A stretch of 64,000 nt of DNA, taken from assembly GCA_050303855.1 (NCBI GenBank), contig JBNLCO010000010.1, positions 124,093 through 188,092 of the forward strand, in the 5' to 3' direction. Numbering within the stretch: the stretch's first letter is position 1; every line of letters starts with the position of its first letter. Positions 1-9,827 of the stretch are shown in pieces. The DNA comes from Candidatus Pacearchaeota archaeon (lineage in GTDB: Archaea; Nanobdellota; Nanobdellia; Pacearchaeales; GW2011-AR1). The notes under the pieces were generated by a model. That model saw nothing but the letters and a program-made list of their open reading frames with translations, ran no database searches and was not told the DNA's origin. Both the position numbers and the translations under genes were made by a program.

Positions 1-1098
1 AGTATTTGTCCTGCAAGAAAGGCTGACTTCTCGCTAAGGTCTTCTGGACCTTCTTCGGAAGGATTGAGAACTTTGATTATGTCAATTAGTTCTAGGATGG
101 GCCCAATTCCATTTCCTATAGGCTCGTTTCCATTTGTCAAAACAACTTTTATGTTTATTTTGAAGTGTTTCCCTAATTTTTCAAAATCTTTCTTAAGCTT
201 TAGTGCTTCAATTTTTCCAACTTTTGCGGTTTTACCGTAAGGGATATCAATTAGAATGTGTTTGCTTCCTGCAGCAATTTTCTTGGACATTATTGAAGCT
301 AATAACTGTGATCTTGGATCAACTTTTAGCATCTTTTCTACTTTAAGGATTTTAGAATCAGCGGGCACAAGGCCTAAAGAACCTCCCCAAATAAGGAATG
401 CTCCCGTCTTCTTTATTATGCTCTTGAGTTCTTTTAGATTAAACTCTACTTTTGCAATCGCCTCTATCACATCTGCAGTTCCAGCCGCACTTGTAATTGC
501 CTTTGAAGAAGATTTAGGAAATATCAGTCCTGATGCGGCACAAATTGCAACTACGATAGGAGTTGTTCTGTTTCCAGGAATTCCCCCAATACAATGCTTA
601 TCTACAACTATCCCTCTACTGAATTTCAAAATGTTTCCAAATTTTAGGAAAGAATTTATTGTGCTCACTGTTTCTTTAAAATTCATTTTATTTTGGTATA
701 TTGCAGAAATGAACAGAGCTATTTCTGGTTCAGAAAGAGAATTATCTACTACGTCTTTTACAATTTCATCTATTTCTTGGGGAGTCAATCTTTTTCCATT
801 TAGTTTTTTTCTTATGTAGCTTAAACTCATAGGAGATTTAGCAAGGTTAACATCTATTTTTTGTCCATCTCTTAAACCCAAATGATTTGTTATTTCTGTA
901 GATATTCCAAGCTCACCTTTTTTTACTAACTTATTTACAATATCAACAATAGTAGAAAACTCCCCATCTTTTTTTGATAGAGGGGTTATTGAAATTCTAT
1001 CGCCTTCATGAACTCCAATTTCTGAAGAAGTATCCCTATGAAGCATAGCAACAGGCAATCCGGCAGACCAATCTAGAATTTTTACTTTTAATTCCATT
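1..1098 (-). CDS. AMP phosphorylase / thymidine phosphorylase family protein. Partial: the gene runs off the window start, so the C-terminus is missing.
   Basis: Manual minus-strand translation from the ATG at 1098 gives MELKVKILDWSAGLPV...KHCIGGIPGNRTTPIVVAICAASG. The N-terminal extra domain plus the glycine-rich phosphate-binding loop are typical of archaeal DeoA-type AMP phosphorylase. The plus-strand ORF 256..819 is its antisense shadow. Confidence 0.7.
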
Positions 1099-1100
1099 GT

Positions 1101-2135
1101 TTATCTTGGGCTTTCTATAAATGCCCCTGGAACTTTTTTATCTCTATAAATTTCAAGAACTATAAGCAAGTAAGCTAGTATTAACGGCCCCAAAATAATT
1201 CCCATTATTCCGAATAAGAATAATCCTCCAATCATACCTATAAGTATAACAGAAGAATTCATTTGAGTTCTTCTTGATACAAACACTGGTTTTATGAAGT
1301 TCTCTATGATTGAAGATATCACCCCAAATATTGCAACACCAAATGCACCAAAGGTATTTCCACCTATGAGAAGATATATTGTAACGGGGATCCAAATAAT
1401 GGTCGTACCAATTATAGGGAATATACCTGCAAGAGCTGCAAGGGCGGTAAGCAATAACGCGTTAGGAACTTTAAACAAGTAGAAACCAATACCTGCAACA
1501 ATACCCTGCACAATACCAATAATTATTTGTCCGTATAAAACAGAAAGTGTTATGTCTTTAGAAGATTTGAATAATTTCTTTTCTACTTCTTTAGAGAAAG
1601 GTATCAAACTTTGTATATAGGCTATCATTTCTTTTTTGTCCCTTAAAACAAAATAGAAAGTGAAGAAGGTTACCAATAATTGTAAAAATAATGTTGGGAA
1701 ATTTAAAATCAAGTTAGAAAGAGAATTTGTCATAGAATTTGTTGTTCTTGTTACAAAGGTTCTTATGGCAGATCCAATTTCATTTGAGAATGCTTCAGAT
1801 TGGAATAGCGAAGGGAAAATCTTTTGGAAAGGTGTAACAAAATCAATTTGTTGTGAAGCTAAGTAGAATTTTATTGACTGCTGAATCATTATTGGAGCAA
1901 GGTACCAAATAGGCAAGACTATCAAAACCAATAAAATCAAACAAACAATCGTAGCAGAAATATCCTTAGAACGTAACATTTTGTAGAGCCATTGATATAT
2001 TGGCATAAAAATAAAGGCCAATAATATACCTATGATAATTGCCATTAGTATCGGTTTTAGAAGTAGAAAAGATAAAACTATCAAAACTGCTAGAATAATT
2101 GTTGTGGAAATCTTTTTGAAATAATCGTCAACCAT
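1101..2135 (-). CDS. AI-2E family (UPF0118/PerM-like) membrane transporter
   Basis: 344 aa with multiple predicted TM helices. The overall pattern is typical of AI-2E family permeases. Confidence 0.55.
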   Translation of the reverse strand: MVDDYFKKISTTIILAVLIVLSFLLLKPILMAIIIGILLAFIFMPIYQWLYKMLRSKDISATIVCLILLVLIVLPIWYLAPIMIQQSIKFYLASQQIDFVTPFQKIFPSLFQSEAFSNEIGSAIRTFVTRTTNSMTNSLSNLILNFPTLFLQLLVTFFTFYFVLRDKKEMIAYIQSLIPFSKEVEKKLFKSSKDITLSVLYGQIIIGIVQGIVAGIGFYLFKVPNALLLTALAALAGIFPIIGTTIIWIPVTIYLLIGGNTFGAFGVAIFGVISSIIENFIKPVFVSRRTQMNSSVILIGMIGGLFLFGIMGIILGPLILAYLLIVLEIYRDKKVPGAFIESPR

Positions 2136-2241
2136 TTTTTTAACCTCTTTTAACGTTAATGGGAAGAAGATTGTATATTTAAAGTTTGTCCATATAAGAA
2201 TGGTTAAAAAAATTTATAAAGACAGTTGATAGAATCTATTT

Positions 2242-2949
2242 ATGAATTTCATAAAAAAAGTTGCTGATAAGCATTTTGATGAGTCTGTTCATTTGCAGTT
2301 TCAAAAATTCTCTAAAGGAGAGTTCAGAAATAGGGCTATAATTGAAGCTAAAAATTCTAAAGGAAAATATACAATCAAAACTTCTGCGGAATTCTCCAAT
2401 GAACTCGTTAGAGATGTTGCTGAAAAACTTGGAAGTAATAAATCAAAAATTACAGGAGCGATTGTTTCTACCTCTGATCTAAAGGGAGAGTTAGAATTTA
2501 AAGAAGTTAAGCAATTTCAAGGCGTTAAAAGATATTTGATTGATAGTGAAATGTCGGGCGAGGAGATTATCAAGTTATTGGATAAATTCCCAAAGAATTT
2601 CTTTGCACTTTCTTTCAAATTGGAAGATGGAACTGAACTTAAGATAAAACCCAAAGCTCCTAAATCAGGAAAACCGGGGAAGGGAGAGGAAGCTCCTAAA
2701 GCAGATTTCTGTGTTTTGAAAACCACAGATAAAGATTTAGCAGAAGGATTTATCTTTGAGCAACCAATGTTTAAGACTGCAAAGATTAATCATACTTTCT
2801 TTATTGATAAAATAGAGATACCAGAAGATTTGAAGAGTTCTAAAGATTTTGCAATGATAAGGGAAATGTCAAAAAGAATTGGGAGAATTATAAGAAATGC
2901 TGAAATTGATGATAAAAAGCTTGAGGAAGAATTGAGCTTTGAGGCTTAA
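2242..2949 (+). CDS. hypothetical protein (lysine-rich, no recognisable domain)
   Basis: 235-aa ORF divergent from the transporter gene and immediately upstream of the r-protein operon. Coding-like composition. Confidence 0.4.
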   Translation: MNFIKKVADKHFDESVHLQFQKFSKGEFRNRAIIEAKNSKGKYTIKTSAEFSNELVRDVAEKLGSNKSKITGAIVSTSDLKGELEFKEVKQFQGVKRYLIDSEMSGEEIIKLLDKFPKNFFALSFKLEDGTELKIKPKAPKSGKPGKGEEAPKADFCVLKTTDKDLAEGFIFEQPMFKTAKINHTFFIDKIEIPEDLKSSKDFAMIREMSKRIGRIIRNAEIDDKKLEEELSFEA

Positions 2950-3089
2950 ATGAGGATTAGGCCTTTATTTGCATGGTATGATTTTTGGGTTGGATTATTT
3001 TGGGATAAAAACAAGAAAATACTCTATTTCTTTCCTATTCCCATGTTTGGACTAAAGTTCGTGTTCTGATCTATGGGATCTACCCACAC

Positions 3090-3125
3090 AAGGTTTATAA
3101 ACCGAAATTTTCTATGATTTATATT
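3090..3125 (+). promoter_or_regulatory. Candidate archaeal TATA/BRE promoter for the L3-led ribosomal operon
   Basis: TTTATAAA at 3094-3101 and TTTATATT at ~3117 in the 220-bp intergenic region upstream of the ATG at 3172. Confidence 0.3.
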
Positions 3126-3171
3126 CCAGGGTAGGACAAAATGAGATCCGCATCATTGACAATTATAGAAA

Positions 3172-4128
3172 ATGCCAACAAGAAAATCACCAAGAAAAGG
3201 AAGCTTGCAATTTTGGCCTCGAAAGAGGATCAACAAATTTTTGCCTAGAGTTAACTGGAGTGCTATTAATTCTGATAAGAAATTGAAGGGATTTGTTGGA
3301 TATAAGGCAGGGATGGTTTCTGTTGAAGTTAAGGATTTAACTGCCAATTCAATGACTAAAGATAAGAAGATAATTATTCCGGCTACAGTTATTGAATGTC
3401 CTAAGATGAAAATCTTTTCGGTTAGATTCTACAAAAATGGGGTCGTTAAGAAGGATGTTTTAGCTGAACAATTCGACAAGGAACTTAAGAAAAAGGTTAA
3501 GGTTCCAAAAGAGAATAAATTGAAGCTTGATTCTGTAAAAAGTGAGAATTATGATGATGTTTCTGTTATTGCTTATACTGTTGTTAAGAAAACAGGATTG
3601 AAGAAGAAACCAGATATGGCTGAAATTGGTATTTCAGGTTCAAGTGTTGATGAGAAATTAAGTTTTGTTAAAGAGAATTTGAATAAAGAGTTGAGTGTTA
3701 CGGATTTATTCGCTTCAGGAGATTTAGTTGACTTTAGAGGTTTAACTAAAGGTAAAGGTCTTGTTGGTCCTGTAAAGAGATTTGGAATTACATTAAAAGC
3801 TCATAAGTCGGAGAAAGGTGTTAGAAGACCAGGTAATGTTGGTCCGTGGCATCCTGCAAGAGTTACTTTTAGAATCCCTATGGCAGGTCAATTAGGGAAG
3901 TTTACAAGAGTACATTATAATCAAAAAGTTATTGTAACTGGAAATGATGAAGAAGTTAAGAAATCTTTGAAAGCGATAAAGAACTATGGAAATGTTAACA
4001 TGGATTATGTTATTGTTTCTGGTTCAGTTCAAGGTCCAGCAAAGAGACAAGTGTTTATTACTGCTCCTTTGAGAAAAAGTAAAATGTCTGCAAAGAAGAA
4101 TTATGAATTCGGGAGAATATTGAGATAA
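3172..4128 (+). CDS. rpl3: 50S ribosomal protein L3
   Basis: MPTRKSPRKGSLQFWPRKR... is the typical archaeal uL3 N-terminus. Sits at the canonical operon position. Confidence 0.9.
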   Translation: MPTRKSPRKGSLQFWPRKRINKFLPRVNWSAINSDKKLKGFVGYKAGMVSVEVKDLTANSMTKDKKIIIPATVIECPKMKIFSVRFYKNGVVKKDVLAEQFDKELKKKVKVPKENKLKLDSVKSENYDDVSVIAYTVVKKTGLKKKPDMAEIGISGSSVDEKLSFVKENLNKELSVTDLFASGDLVDFRGLTKGKGLVGPVKRFGITLKAHKSEKGVRRPGNVGPWHPARVTFRIPMAGQLGKFTRVHYNQKVIVTGNDEEVKKSLKAIKNYGNVNMDYVIVSGSVQGPAKRQVFITAPLRKSKMSAKKNYEFGRILR

Positions 4129-4129
4129 A

Positions 4130-4375
4130 ATGGATATTGGAGAATCAATGGCGAAGAGAAAAATGATTGAAGAATTTAAGAAGTTAGAAATTGTAGCAGA
4201 AGCATTTTCTGAGGTTAAGGGGAATGTTGCTAAAGACAAAGATCTTGGGATGAGGATTGATGAAACAACAGAATTTCATTATAATATTAAAACAAATTAT
4301 GAAGAAGCAAAGGGAAAATTCGTTGGAGAAGATGGAATGCAATATGCTTTTGAAATAAGGAGATATAACGATTAA
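4130..4375 (+). CDS. hypothetical small protein inserted between L3 and L4
   Basis: 81-aa ORF. TAAAATG junctions on both sides match all neighbouring r-protein genes. No recognisable family. Confidence 0.45.
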   Translation: MDIGESMAKRKMIEEFKKLEIVAEAFSEVKGNVAKDKDLGMRIDETTEFHYNIKTNYEEAKGKFVGEDGMQYAFEIRRYND

Positions 4376-4376
4376 A

Positions 4377-5216
4377 ATGAAAACTAAAACATACGATTTA
4401 ACAGGGAAAGAAAAAGCAGAAATTGCATTACCCAAAGAATTTAGTTCTAAGGTAAGAGAAGATATTGTTTCTAAAGTTCTTGAAGCTGCAAAGAAACATC
4501 AACCTTACTCTCCAAGTCCTGTTGCAGGAAAACAACATTCTGCCAAAGGAAAGATTGTACATAGAAGACATGTTTGGAGAAGTGGTTATGGTAGAGGAGC
4601 ATCAAGAGTACCAAGAAAAATATTCTCACAGAAAGGTTCAAGATTTAATTGGGAAGCTGCAGAAGTTCCATTCGCAAGAGGCGGTATGAGAGCTCACCCT
4701 CCAAAGATAGAACACTTCTTAAAAGAACTTAAGATCAATAAGAAAGAATTAAAGATTGCTTTTGTATCTGCATTGAGTGCAACAGCTTCTGAAAAATATG
4801 TTGTTGATAAATATGCTACAGTAAATAAATTGAATAAAAAAGTGCCATTCATCTTAACTCTTGGAAATACTGAAAACTTGAAAGTTAAAGATTTACTTAA
4901 TGGTTTGAAAGGTATGCTTGGAGAAGAACTTTACAATATTGCAATAAAGAAAAAATCAATTAGGGCTGGAAAAGGAACAATGAGAGGTAGAAAATACAAA
5001 TCAAATGCAGGTATGCTTTTAGTTGTTGGAAAAGATGAAATTGGAAAAGTAAAAACTAAAATGTTTGAAGTTGTTTCGGCTGGAGAACTTGGAGTTACAG
5101 ATCTTGCCCGAGGAGGATTAGGAAGATTAACTGTTTATACTGAAAATTCTGTTAAAGAATTAGAAAATAAGTTTAATGGTAAAACTGAAAAGAAAGTGGA
5201 GGAAAAGAAAAAATGA
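4377..5216 (+). CDS. rpl4: 50S ribosomal protein L4 (uL4) with K/E-rich C-terminal tail
   Basis: HRRHVWRSGYGRGASRVPRK motif region. Position after L3. Confidence 0.85.
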   Translation: MKTKTYDLTGKEKAEIALPKEFSSKVREDIVSKVLEAAKKHQPYSPSPVAGKQHSAKGKIVHRRHVWRSGYGRGASRVPRKIFSQKGSRFNWEAAEVPFARGGMRAHPPKIEHFLKELKINKKELKIAFVSALSATASEKYVVDKYATVNKLNKKVPFILTLGNTENLKVKDLLNGLKGMLGEELYNIAIKKKSIRAGKGTMRGRKYKSNAGMLLVVGKDEIGKVKTKMFEVVSAGELGVTDLARGGLGRLTVYTENSVKELENKFNGKTEKKVEEKKK

Positions 5217-5545
5217 ATAGTGTAGAAATTAAAGTTGTTGAAAATTGGGAAAAACCTGAAGTTTTCAGGACTTTAAAAGAAAAAGATTTGATAAGTGATA
5301 AAGAAGTTGTATTTGAATCCTTCAAGTTGAGAGGAGAAGGAACTTCTTTAATTCATACGCTCCAGAGAGTCAAGCCAGGAATTGTGAAGGTTAAAAAATA
5401 TTATTTTGAATCAGGTAAATTGAGCAGTAACGCAGGAGTGGATTATTGGACCAATTCACTGGATATAGGATATAATCCAGAAGCAAAATCAGATCAAATA
5501 CTTTATGATGCAGAAGATAAATTCCTAAGAGAGGCAGGATTATGA
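5213..5545 (+). CDS. hypothetical small protein inserted between L4 and L23
   Basis: 110-aa ORF with ATGA overlaps at both ends (L4 stop and L23 start). No recognisable family. Confidence 0.45.
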   Translation: MNSVEIKVVENWEKPEVFRTLKEKDLISDKEVVFESFKLRGEGTSLIHTLQRVKPGIVKVKKYYFESGKLSSNAGVDYWTNSLDIGYNPEAKSDQILYDAEDKFLREAGL

Positions 5546-5778
5546 GACCAATAGCAACTGAAAAAGCAGTAATGAAAATTGAAGCAGAGAATGTAATGAC
5601 CTTTGAATTTGATAAAAGAATGAATAAAGAGGACATTAAGAAAGAAATTGAAGAGCTTTTAGATGTTAAAGTTGATTCGGTTAAAACGCAAATAAGAAAG
5701 AACAAGAAAATTGTTTACGCTAAATTAAATAAGAAGAACCTTGCAATTGATCTTGCAACTAAATTAGGAATGATGTAA
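5542..5778 (+). CDS. rpl23: 50S ribosomal protein L23 (uL23)
   Basis: 78 aa, MRPIATEKAVMKIE.. Canonical position before L2. Confidence 0.85.
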   Translation: MRPIATEKAVMKIEAENVMTFEFDKRMNKEDIKKEIEELLDVKVDSVKTQIRKNKKIVYAKLNKKNLAIDLATKLGMM

Positions 5779-5779
5779 A

Positions 5780-6478
5780 ATGGGAAAGAGAATAATACAA
5801 CAGGCACGGGGAAAGGGAAGTTCAACTTATAGAGTTAAGAGAAAAGCTTTCAGTCACAAAATCCAATATCCAAGAGGATTAACTGGAGAAGGAAGAATTG
5901 TAAAGTTATTCTTAACTGGTGGACATAGTGCTCCGCTTGCAAAGATAAACTGGTCTGGAGAGAGTTTTTATGTTCCTGCATTCAAAGGAATGGTTCAAGG
6001 AGAGAAGATTAATTTTGATTCAAAAGAAATTGTTAAAGGAAGTATCCTTGAGTTAGGAGATATTCCACTTAAGACAAAGATATTTTGCATTGAATCGAGA
6101 CCTGGAGATGGTGGAAAGTTCATAAAGACTGCAGGAAGTTCTGCAGAAGTTGTTAGAAGGGTCGGCAAAAATGTTCATGTATTAATGCCGTCGAAAAAAG
6201 AAAAACCTTTTAACCCGAAATGTCGGGCTATTATTGGTGAAGCTGCTGGTCATGGTAGAACAGACAAACCAATAATGAAAGCTGGAAAGCAACATCATAT
6301 TAAGAAAGCAAAAAGTAAATTATGGCCAAGAACAGGTGCATTGAAAGTTAATGCTATCGATCATCCTTTCGGTTCAGGTAGAGGAAAGAACCCTAAGAGC
6401 AAGATTGCAAAGAGAAATTCAGCTCCTGGTCAAAAGGTTGGTTTATTGAGACCAAGAAGGACAGGTAAGAGAAAGTAA
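5780..6478 (+). CDS. rpl2: 50S ribosomal protein L2 (uL2)
   Basis: GKRIIQQARGKGSSTYRV... and ..GGHSAP.. motifs. 232 aa. Confidence 0.9.
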   Translation: MGKRIIQQARGKGSSTYRVKRKAFSHKIQYPRGLTGEGRIVKLFLTGGHSAPLAKINWSGESFYVPAFKGMVQGEKINFDSKEIVKGSILELGDIPLKTKIFCIESRPGDGGKFIKTAGSSAEVVRRVGKNVHVLMPSKKEKPFNPKCRAIIGEAAGHGRTDKPIMKAGKQHHIKKAKSKLWPRTGALKVNAIDHPFGSGRGKNPKSKIAKRNSAPGQKVGLLRPRRTGKRK

Positions 6479-6479
6479 A

Positions 6480-6848
6480 ATGGAAATGAAATTACAAACA
6501 ACTGGAATAAAGTATGAAAATCTAGTTGGAAAAGGATTAGAACTTTTTTGTGAAAGTGCGGTCAATAAAGATGAAAATGTTGTGGGAAGGTATCTTCCTG
6601 GAATTGAGGGACAAGAGATAACCTATTTAGGAAATTTAGGACATAGATTCGGAGAAAGAGATTTATTTGGATTTGAAGAAGACAATAAATTGACTGTCCT
6701 TGTTGGAAACATAAAAGACATTACTGGAAACAGGGCAACGTTAAGCACCTTTGTTCAAAGCATTTCCCCAAATTTTTACGGAACTGAAAATTTGAGTGAT
6801 GAGATTTTAAAACAATGCAAAGAGATTTTGTCAGGAGTAAAAGAATAA
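6480..6848 (+). CDS. hypothetical protein inserted between L2 and S19 (possible divergent small beta-barrel protein)
   Basis: 122-aa ORF with TAAAATG junctions both sides. Weak LVGxxLEL...VVGxxxGIEG pattern faintly reminiscent of RNase P Rpp29-type barrels. Confidence 0.4.
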   Translation: MEMKLQTTGIKYENLVGKGLELFCESAVNKDENVVGRYLPGIEGQEITYLGNLGHRFGERDLFGFEEDNKLTVLVGNIKDITGNRATLSTFVQSISPNFYGTENLSDEILKQCKEILSGVKE

Positions 6849-6849
6849 A

Positions 6850-7254
6850 ATGGTAGATATAGGATCACAAAAGAAACAATTCAAGTATCGAGGCAAAGAT
6901 ATTGAAGAGTTGAAGGCTTTAGATACTCGAGAGGTTGCAAAATACCTTGATTCGAGAGCTAGAAGAACTGTACTTAGAAACTTCCAAGAAATTGAGGATT
7001 TCCTTCAGAGAGCTAAGAGAAAACAATCAAAGAATAAGAAGATTAAAACTCATAAGAGAAAATTGATAGTTGTTCCTCAAATGGTTGGAATGCAAATCCA
7101 AGTACATAACGGAAGAATGTTTATTCCAATTGAGGTTGTCCCGGAGATGATCGGACATTATTTGGGAGAATTTTCATTAACAAGGGCAAAAGCTTCACAT
7201 AGTAAATCAGGAGTTGGTGCTACTAAGGGTAGTAGAGCCAAATCCAAGAAGTAA
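6850..7254 (+). CDS. rps19: 30S ribosomal protein S19 (uS19)
   Basis: HKRKLIVVPQMVGMQIQVHNGRMFIPIEV.. GHYLGEFSLTR motif. Confidence 0.85.
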   Translation: MVDIGSQKKQFKYRGKDIEELKALDTREVAKYLDSRARRTVLRNFQEIEDFLQRAKRKQSKNKKIKTHKRKLIVVPQMVGMQIQVHNGRMFIPIEVVPEMIGHYLGEFSLTRAKASHSKSGVGATKGSRAKSKK

Positions 7255-7259
7255 GTAAA

Positions 7260-7871
7260 ATGACAGAAAAACAATACGCTCCAAGTGCTAAAGAAAAGAA
7301 GATGTCTACAAAGAAAGTAGAATCCCCAGTAGCAGAAGCTCCTAAAAAGGTTGAAGCTAAAGAAAATAAAACTGAAGAGAAAAAAGTTGAAGAAAAGAAA
7401 ACAGAAGTAAAGCAACCTGTTAAAGTTACAAAAGTTAAGAAAGATCTTGCTGTAGTTAATGCAAACAATTCAAAAGTTTCATTAAAATATGCAATAAGCA
7501 TTTGTAAATTCATTAAAGGCAAAAGAATTGGCGATGCGATAAGAGATTTAGAAGCAGTTGTTGTTAAGAAAAAGGCAGTTCCAATGACTGGAGAGTATGC
7601 GCATAAGAAAAGTGTAAAGAAATATGCATCAGGTGCTGGAAAATACCCTGTTAATGCTGCAAAGGCTTTCCTTGTGTTGGTTAAAAGCCTTTTAGGAAAT
7701 GCTAATGCAAATGACATAAATGAACCTGTAATCACTGAATGTATTGCAAACAAAGCCCCCAAACCAATGGGAAGATTTGGAAGATGGGAAAGAAAAAGAT
7801 GCCACATCAAATTGGTTGCAAGAGAAATTAAAGTTAAAGAGAATAAAGCTAAGACAGAGGAAAAGAAATAA
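7260..7871 (+). CDS. rpl22: 50S ribosomal protein L22 (uL22) with ~60-aa K/E/A/P-rich N-terminal extension
   Basis: Core NNSKVSLKYAISICKFIKGKRIGDAIRDLE.. after a low-complexity lysine-rich N-terminus. Confidence 0.85.
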   Translation: MTEKQYAPSAKEKKMSTKKVESPVAEAPKKVEAKENKTEEKKVEEKKTEVKQPVKVTKVKKDLAVVNANNSKVSLKYAISICKFIKGKRIGDAIRDLEAVVVKKKAVPMTGEYAHKKSVKKYASGAGKYPVNAAKAFLVLVKSLLGNANANDINEPVITECIANKAPKPMGRFGRWERKRCHIKLVAREIKVKENKAKTEEKK

Positions 7872-7872
7872 A

Positions 7873-8565
7873 ATGGAAGAAAAACAAACTGTAAAATTCA
7901 AGAAGGAAGACTTTGCTATAAAGGAAATCATAAGAAAGACAATTGGAAAGGGAAAGATGAGCAGAGTTAGAATTGAATATACTCCGGTTGGAGAAAAAGT
8001 AATAATCTCCACAGATAAACCAGGTTTGGTTATTGGAAGGGGTGGAGAGAGTTTGAACGAATTAAGTGATATGCTTAGAAAGAATTTCAAATTCCAAAAT
8101 TTACATATTGAAATTGAAGAAATAAAAGAACCTGAATTTGACTCTCAAACTATTGCAGATGAGATTGCTTTAGGTTTAGAGAGAGCTGGACCATTAAAGT
8201 TCAAGGTTATTGCTTACAGAACACTTGAGAAAGTGATGAAAGCGGGAGCATTAGGTTGTGAAATAAGATTAAGCGGAAAACTTCCAAGTTCAAGAGCTAA
8301 GACATGGAGATTCGCTCAAGGATATTTAAAGAAAACAGGAGACTCTGCAAAGGTTGTAAGTCGTGCTCAAGCAAGAGCTGAGACTAAGCCGGGAACTGTG
8401 GGAGTTAAGGTTAGTATATTATCACCGCATGCAATATTGAAAGATAGAATAAAGATCAACGAAGATTTGATAAACCAGTTGAAAGAAAACGCTGAAAAAT
8501 TAAATGAAGTTCCAGAGAAGAAAACTAAGAAAAAAGCTAAGACTGCTAAGGAGAGTAAAAAATGA
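7873..8565 (+). CDS. rps3: 30S ribosomal protein S3 (uS3)
   Basis: KH-domain GRGGESLNEL. True start taken at the TAAAATG junction at 7873 rather than the longer track ORF starting 7744. Confidence 0.9.
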   Translation: MEEKQTVKFKKEDFAIKEIIRKTIGKGKMSRVRIEYTPVGEKVIISTDKPGLVIGRGGESLNELSDMLRKNFKFQNLHIEIEEIKEPEFDSQTIADEIALGLERAGPLKFKVIAYRTLEKVMKAGALGCEIRLSGKLPSSRAKTWRFAQGYLKKTGDSAKVVSRAQARAETKPGTVGVKVSILSPHAILKDRIKINEDLINQLKENAEKLNEVPEKKTKKKAKTAKESKK

Positions 8566-8756
8566 AACACTCAGAAGTAAAGAAATTAAGTAAGACAGAC
8601 AGAGATAAGAAATTAAAAGAACTAAAGTTGGAATTAGTTAAAGAAAACGTATCAAAGCAAGGCGGAAATAAATCTGCTAAAATAAGAAAAATAATCGCAA
8701 GAATACACACACTCAACAACATGGAAAATAAACCCAAGGAGTTGAATAACAAATAA
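8562..8756 (+). CDS. rpl29: 50S ribosomal protein L29 (uL29)
   Basis: 64 aa, helical, ..LKELKLELVKEN... Canonical position. ATGA overlap with S3. Confidence 0.75.
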   Translation: MKHSEVKKLSKTDRDKKLKELKLELVKENVSKQGGNKSAKIRKIIARIHTLNNMENKPKELNNK

Positions 8757-8760
8757 AACA

Positions 8761-9060
8761 ATGGAAATAGATCCAAAAACAGGATTGCCAGTTCAGGCAA
8801 TGGAGTGGGAAGACCTTGCAAAGGGTTCCCAAAAAATACGGGTAACGACCGATAAAAAAAGATACGGAAAGATCGTTACTCTAGTGAGTGGTTTCGACAA
8901 AGGAATCGACATAAAGAAAACCGCAAAGGCATTGAAGAATGAACTTGCGTGTGGCGGGACCTTTAAGGACGATGCAGTTGAACTGCAAGGAGACCACACA
9001 AAGAAAGTAAAGCAAGTCCTTGTAAAAATGGGATTTGACGAAAGCTCCATAGAAGACTGA
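8761..9060 (+). CDS. translation initiation factor SUI1 (eIF1/aSUI1)
   Basis: 99 aa, ..KIRVTTDKKRYGKIVTLVSGFD...ACGGT..ELQGDH.. is the SUI1 fold signature. Archaeal operon position between L29 and S17. Confidence 0.8.
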   Translation: MEIDPKTGLPVQAMEWEDLAKGSQKIRVTTDKKRYGKIVTLVSGFDKGIDIKKTAKALKNELACGGTFKDDAVELQGDHTKKVKQVLVKMGFDESSIED

Positions 9061-9078
9061 AGAGGTGAAAAATAAAAA

Positions 9079-9423
9079 ATGGAAAGTAAGAAAATGAAAA
9101 AAACAGAAGTAAAAGAATCAAAAATAGTTGGAACTGAAAAGAGTATAAACCCAAGAGGAAAGATCTTCGAGGGAGTTGTAACAGCAAAGTTCCACAAGAG
9201 AATAACAATCGAATTCGAAAGAATGGTTTATATTAGAAAGTATGAAAGATATGCAAAGTCGAAGACAAAAATCCATGCAAGACTCCCAGTTTCAATGGAA
9301 AACGAAGTTAATGTTGGAGATTTGATAAGAGTTCAAGAGTGTAGACCTTTAAGTAAGATAATCCATTTCATCGTGGTTAAGAAATTAAAAGATGCTTCAG
9401 AAATTTTAGGAGGAAAGAAATAA
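9079..9423 (+). CDS. rps17: 30S ribosomal protein S17 (uS17)
   Basis: ..GVVTAKFHKRITIEFERMVYIRKYERY..HARLP.. motifs. Confidence 0.85.
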   Translation: MESKKMKKTEVKESKIVGTEKSINPRGKIFEGVVTAKFHKRITIEFERMVYIRKYERYAKSKTKIHARLPVSMENEVNVGDLIRVQECRPLSKIIHFIVVKKLKDASEILGGKK

Positions 9424-9424
9424 G

Positions 9425-9826
9425 ATGAAAGCAATAAGTTCAAGAGCTACAGAAGGATTGAATTTGGGGGCAATAATGGTTGCTGCAGACAATAGTGGGG
9501 CTAAAGTTGTAAAATTAGTTTCGGTTAAGAAAGCTAAAGCTAAGAAGGGAAAACAAGTTGCTGGAAAGATTGCTGACTGGGTTAAAGTATCCGTAAGAAA
9601 AGGTGTTCCAGATATGAAAGGAAAAGTGTTTGATGCAGTAATAGTTAGACAGAAAAAACCATGGAGAAGGAATACGGGGGAGAGAGTTGCATTTGAAGAT
9701 AACGCTGTTGCAATCTTGAAAGACGATAAAGGTAATCCGAAAGGAACTCAAATTAAAGGACCAATTGCAAGGGAGGTTCAGGAGCGATGGCAATCTGTTG
9801 CTAAAATAGCTCAAACTGTTTATTAA
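9425..9826 (+). CDS. rpl14: 50S ribosomal protein L14 (uL14)
   Basis: ..ADNSGAKVVKLVSV..GDWVKVSVRKG.. motifs. Confidence 0.9.
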   Translation: MKAISSRATEGLNLGAIMVAADNSGAKVVKLVSVKKAKAKKGKQVAGKIADWVKVSVRKGVPDMKGKVFDAVIVRQKKPWRRNTGERVAFEDNAVAILKDDKGNPKGTQIKGPIAREVQERWQSVAKIAQTVY

Positions 9827-9827
9827 A

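Noticed and set aside
256-819. 187-aa plus-strand ORF
   Set aside because: Lies entirely antisense to the much better supported AMP-phosphorylase-like gene (minus strand from 1098). Hydrophobic, low-complexity translation typical of shadow ORFs.
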